64,000 nucleotides of DNA, taken from NCBI GenBank assembly GCA_951406725.2, contig OX597821.1:11842001-11906000 (forward strand), written 5' to 3'. The position numbers and the translations under genes are program-made. This document shows, piece after piece, positions 58,176-64,000 of this stretch. A model generated the notes under the pieces. That model saw only the letters and a list, made by a program, of their open reading frames with translations, searched no databases and was not told the origin of the DNA. The stretch is from Octopus vulgaris. Its lineage: Eukaryota. The first letter of the stretch is position 1, and every line of letters starts with the position of its first letter.

Positions 58176-58871
58176 CGTCGGTTTATCAGCCGAGTCTATC
58201 GTCAATATCGTCACGCCTCCTTCCTTCAAACGGGAAGGAAGAGCTATTTTTATCATACTTGTGGCTATGGCGAAAGAATGTATCTGGTGGACGCGCCTGA
58301 AAGATTAGAGACAAACACTTTCCTCTCTGGTCAATCTCTCATCAACTTCTTCAAGTATCACTTGAAGAGGAAAGTGAGAGTAGAGAGGCAAGTTTTGTCT
58401 AGTGAATGTTTTAAAAAAAGATGGGTGAATGTAGCAAGGATGGCACGTATGAATGACGAAGCCACCTTGACTATAATTCTATGAACCGTAAAAATTAATA
58501 CAGAGAGTTGCTTATTTGCAAAAAAAAAAAGAAATATAATATGTGACTTCATTGACCGAGGTTACCGTGGTCTTTTCCGTAGACTTTTCTTTCCACGGGT
58601 AAACCTCACCTGTCCTCTTCTTTACACTTCATATTGACATTTCTGTGATTACGATCCCTATTGATCAACTTTTTTTCCTTTCCCCTTTTCTTTTTTCCCT
58701 CTCCCCCCCTTTTTTAAAAAAAATTTCCCCTTTTTTGTCCTCTTTCTTTCCTTTTACGATCCCTTTTGATCGAAAACCAACCCCCTTTTTTTTTACCCCC
58801 AAAAGAAAAGCTCTACCTTGTAATTTGTTCTGTCTCTGTGCAGCCCTGTGTGGCTAATAAAGAAACATATC
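58176..58871 (+). mobile_element. Tx1/L1-like LINE 3' fragment in (ATCT)n
   Basis: ORF2 C-terminal-like LINFFKYHLKRKVRVERQVLSSECFKKRWV, a pyrimidine-rich 3' UTR, and an end GGCTAATAAAGAAACATATC. Confidence 0.7.
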
Positions 58872-59426
58872 TAGCTAGCCACTGCTGCTGCTTCTGCTGC
58901 CTCAACTACTACTGTTTCAGCGGCTATTACAACAACTATTAATGATAAAGATTTTTGATTAAGGAACAAGTCCACCACATTTGAGGGAGATGAACGATGC
59001 TATTCATCCCAGTATTGAAATGTAACTTTATTTACCGATCCACAAAGAAGGAAAGGCTAACCAGCCTCACGGTAGGATTTGAATGAGCGTAAAGTACATG
59101 AAGAAATAATGCGAATCACCATTTTTAAATTAGACTGTCATATCAATTTCAGACACTCAGTATAAAGCCTATATACAGGTATTATTTTAGGATTGTCAAG
59201 CCATATTATTTATATACTAGCTGGCCCTGGGCGGTCAAAAATTACTGTTAATTATGGTATTTTATATATAAATAAGGTCTAAAATAAGGAACATAATAAT
59301 CACACATACAAACATTCACATATTTCCCTTATACATGCACACACATACACACAGATACTCAAACAGATTTTAAATGCCGTTTGGGTTTTCTCTTCAGCGC
59401 TGAACGTTCACCATTCCATTTCTATT

Positions 59427-59463
<37 letters not shown>

Positions 59464-59780
59464 CAAATACCTTCTTTTTACATACACAGATTATACTCAC
59501 ACGGACTGGAAACGCTAATTCTTTTTAGCCCCTTCCTTTCTCATTCATATGTTGTGACGGTGAAAAATTGAATGAGCACGACGCTCTCTTTGCCACTTCC
59601 TTTCTCTCGTTGCTTTTAGTTTCTTTGACTCTCTCTCAGTCAGGGCGATTACTCTCACTACTTCTCATTCACTGAATTACTATTTTGTTTCCTCTTCCTT
59701 CCCTTATACTACTCTCTCGCCTACTCCGTCCTTCTTCTACTCTGTGATTTTGGATAACTATACACGCAAACACACACACA

Positions 59781-59838
<58 letters not shown>

Positions 59839-60559
59839 TACACATACAAATATATAAAAAGGCTATTCTCAGTATTATATTAGGAAATAAAACAAATTTG
59901 AACTTAAAGCCTCAAAAGAAATGCCGCTCAAACAATTCTGATAGCGTTCCGTATAAAGGGTTTTCAACTCTGGTATAAAACAGTTATTTTAAAGGGAGGG
60001 TTTAGCCGATTACATCGATCCTATTACATGACTAGCTGCTATTTTATCAAGCCCGAAAGGAAAAGCCAAGTTGAGTTTATCATAATTTTAACTCAGAAGG
60101 TCAAAGCGAAGAAACGCAGCTAAGAATTTTTTCCTCATGTGCTCATGATTCTGAAAGCTTCCTTCTTTTCAATGAAAAAGAATGGTTACAGTTGCCACCA
60201 GTTTTGAGGAGAGAAAATAATATGATTACATTGCCCTCGGTACTTCAGCATTTCTTTGTTTTATCGAATTCAAAAGGGAGATGTGAGTTATTTGGTTTCA
60301 CAAGTTATTTGGTTTCACAAGCCTGAAAAAAGAAATTTCTACGATAACCTGACTTACCAAAAATAATGTGCATCCACGTCCACGCAGATACACACACACT
60401 ACGAACTGCAAAATACTTTATATATACAAATGTTAGATACATGAAAAAATAATAATGTCTTTATATATGCATGAATACACACGCAACACAAACATTCGCA
60501 TTTATATACCTCTAGGAAAATATATATATATGTATGTATATACCGTGTCCCTACCAGTA

Positions 60560-61101
<542 letters not shown>

Positions 61102-61747
61102 GACTTCCAACACTATAGATGCATGTATGTATAGTTATTGGCATGTATGATGACGTATATCTTAATTACAAATTCATTAAAGTATATGAAAAAAAATCTG
61201 AGTTTCATGCCAGGAATACAATGATATTTCGTGTAAAACAAAAAAAAAAACTCAATAAAAAAACATTTCCAATATTTAATATATAATGGATCATGATAAC
61301 CCTTGGGAACAGGAATAGTTATATTCGAGCACAGCTAATATTTCCTTAATTTGAGGATGAATTTCAAGTGTTACAGCGGCATAATTGCGTAGTATGATAA
61401 ATCATTCATAGGGAATCTAACTCTGAGGCGCACCTTATTTCTAGGGTGTAATTTATACAGGTTAATTTTTTTTTTATCTATATACACACAAACAAGCACG
61501 TACACACAAATGCACATTTCTCAAAATGCCATACAGGCGCAAATATGCATGTTTGTATGTATATATGCATCTATCTATCTATCTATCTATCTATATATAT
61601 ATATTTATCTATCTAGATATATATATGTATATATATCTACCCAACTATTCGCCACACACATGTTTAATATGCTCTTTCTGCTGCATGTATTACACGTAAT
61701 CCTAATACCTTGTTACGATGCGAAAGTAAGTATAACGATAAATGTCT

Positions 61748-62018
61748 CCCTTTTCAAGCCTAGCCAGGTTCTTGGGCTCGGTTTCCCAGTTTCTGTGGCG
61801 TAAGTGTTCGCCAGTCCATCGCAGTGTTTCTCAAGAAGCAAGAAGAGAGATTGAGAGAAAGTTGAGGCGAAAGAGTACACCTCCCCCGCCGGAGCCTCAT
61901 GGAGCTTTCAGGTGTTTTCGCTCAATAAATACACAATAAATTCCCGGGCTGGGAATCGAGACCGCGATCCTCCGACCGCGAGTCCACTGCCCTAACCACT
62001 GGGCCATTGCGCCTCCAC
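61748..62018 (-). mobile_element. SINE with family C head but a different, V-domain-like body
   Basis: Head is shared with 44356-44741. The body rc reads CTGCGATGGACTGGCG...AGAAACTGGGAAACCGAGCCC. Confidence 0.78.
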
Positions 62019-62715
62019 TTTAAAGTAAGTATGCTTTAATATATTTTTAGATTAATAGTTTTTTATTATCTATCATTTTGTGTGTAGCCGGCAGTGGCTG
62101 GAACAATCTTTTGAGGGAAGGAAAAATGCATCATGCTATTTCTTGCGGCTCTGTACCTTCTAAATTCAAAACTCTCTGTGGTCAATTTTGACTTTAACCA
62201 TTCCAGTGTTAGTAAAACTAAAACACAATTTAATCACTACCGTCAAACCACCATCCGTTGAAATTTAATTTCTGGACTTGAGTCTACATTACAAACCATT
62301 GAATACGAATTTAGTAACTCATATGGTGAAGGCAGAATAGCGGAAATCCAACGATTAACAGTTCAGATTCGAATGTAATTAACTGATCACTGTAGAATTT
62401 CGTCTTCGAAGAGCATCTTTCTTTGTGTGTCTCAAATCCCCTTACACTGTTGAATTGCTGTGACTCAAGTCCTCTTACAACGTACGTTATGAATAGTTGT
62501 TGTTTAAACGGAGAAATGCTGCAATGGCGATAGACATTAGCGATTAGATATTCCCAGAAAATATTGTAAACGAATTATATGATATTTCTCGTTGAACTAC
62601 GTGCGTCTCATGAATTATTATTCATCTAGAAGATATCAGCGCTCATCAGAAAAAAAATTATTTGTAGTTTCTATAAATATGAACCTCTAATAACTTGTTA
62701 CATCCATCAAATATG

Positions 62716-62762
62716 TATGACTAAGGAGACACTCTGTACGGTCGAAACACCACGGTACCTCT
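62716..62762 (+). ncRNA. Degenerate hammerhead-like motif
   Basis: CTAAGGA GAC ACTCTGTACG GTC GAAAC ACCACG GTA. G5 is changed and stem I is poor. Confidence 0.35.
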
Positions 62763-63267
62763 AAGTTCTTTTTCACCGATGAATTACTTATTCTATGAAC
62801 AAATATAGTATAAAGTGGGTATATGTTCTCCTTTGATGGTAAACAACTGCGACCAGCTATTCAGGTTTGAATCTGCCAAAATGTATTTGAGACGGAAATG
62901 ATATATTAGTATACATGACTTCATTTTCTGTCAAATGAAACCTTACAAAATTGGTCTGCACCATATCATTTACTTGTTTATTTGCTGCGTAATAACTGTG
63001 TTAAGACAGATTATCTAGTTACCAGTCGACGCTGATAGTTACAATTACCAAGAATGGTACCGATGGACAGAATATGAAAGTGATGGGAAGAAAGCACCCC
63101 CTCTCCGCCCCAAAAGATAAATAAATAAAAACGAATATTTTCTTAATACCTAACAAAGCCGTTTTTCTTTCAGAACCTTCAAACTGCGACTTCAATCGGC
63201 TTATTTTCAGAGGCAAGTTAAAAGAAAAAAACGTGGAACGTTAGGTCACAAACGCCAAATTAATTAA

Positions 63268-63750
63268 GTCTTCTTCTTCTTCTTCTTCTTCTTCTTCTTC
63301 TTCTTCTTCTTCTTCTTCTTCTTCTTCTTCTTCTTCTTCTTCTTCTTCTCTTCTTCTTTCTTCTTCTTCTTCTTCTTCTTCTTCTTCTTCTTCTTCTTCT
63401 TCTCCTTCTTCTTTTTCTACGTCTTCTTCTTCTTCTTCTTCTTCTCCTTCTTCTTCTTCTTCTTCTTCTTCTTCTTCTTCTTCAACGTCTTCTTCGTCTT
63501 CTTCTTCTTCTTCTTCTTCTTCTTCTTCTTCTTCTTCTTCTTCTTCTTCTTCTTCTTCTTCTTCTTCTTCTTCTTCTTCTTCTTCTACGTCTTCTTCCCC
63601 TTCCTCTTCCTCTTCTTCTTCTTCTTCTTCTTCAACGTCTTCTTCTTCTTCTTCTTCTTCTTCTTCTTCTTCTTCTTCTTCTTCTTCTTCTTCTTCTTCT
63701 TCTTCTTCTTCTTCTTCAACATCTTCTTCGTCTTCTTCTTCTTCTTCTTT
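63268..63750 (+). repeat. (TTC)n microsatellite, ~480 bp, with interruptions
   Basis: Direct trinucleotide array. Confidence 0.97.
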
Positions 63751-64000
63751 TCGTTCCTCGTGAAGAAGAAGATGATAACAGAAATGATGGCGATAATCAT
63801 GCCAATGGTAATGATGAATATTATGTTGTGGTGGTGTTATTAACCGTGGCGGCGGTGGTTGTGGGGTTGTCGTGGTGGTGGTGTTGGTGGCGGCGGGGGT
63901 GGTTGTGGTGGTAGTGGTGGTGGTAGCGGTAGTGGAAGTAGGGCTGGTGTCGTTTCTGCTGATGACAACGTTAAAGACACCGACAAGGATAAATATGTCG

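Overview
This is a eukaryotic, AT-rich, microsatellite-saturated window with no convincing host gene, most consistent with intergenic or intronic octopus (coleoid cephalopod) DNA; the taxon is inferred from the SINE families and repeat landscape. Almost all ORF-track entries are microsatellite artefacts. The real content is mobile DNA: a decayed Tc1 element with long TIRs and a GT-AG intron, mariner and maT (DD37D-like) relics, three tRNA-derived SINE families, R4/Dong-like LINE relics in (AAT)n, Tx1/L1-like pieces, and Neptune-type Penelope-like element (PLE) 3' ends encoding GIY-YIG. The most striking signal is about a dozen type I hammerhead-ribozyme motifs of several unrelated sequence families, lying in short tandem/inverted non-coding units next to (TA)n. 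Two of these are ~360-bp retrozyme-like units. One has a compensatory U3-A8 core. The other is interrupted, next to its ribozyme, by a 1.7-kb ORF1-only (HAL1-like) retroelement with a 17-bp target-site duplication. All folds and family assignments were made by eye and need computational confirmation.
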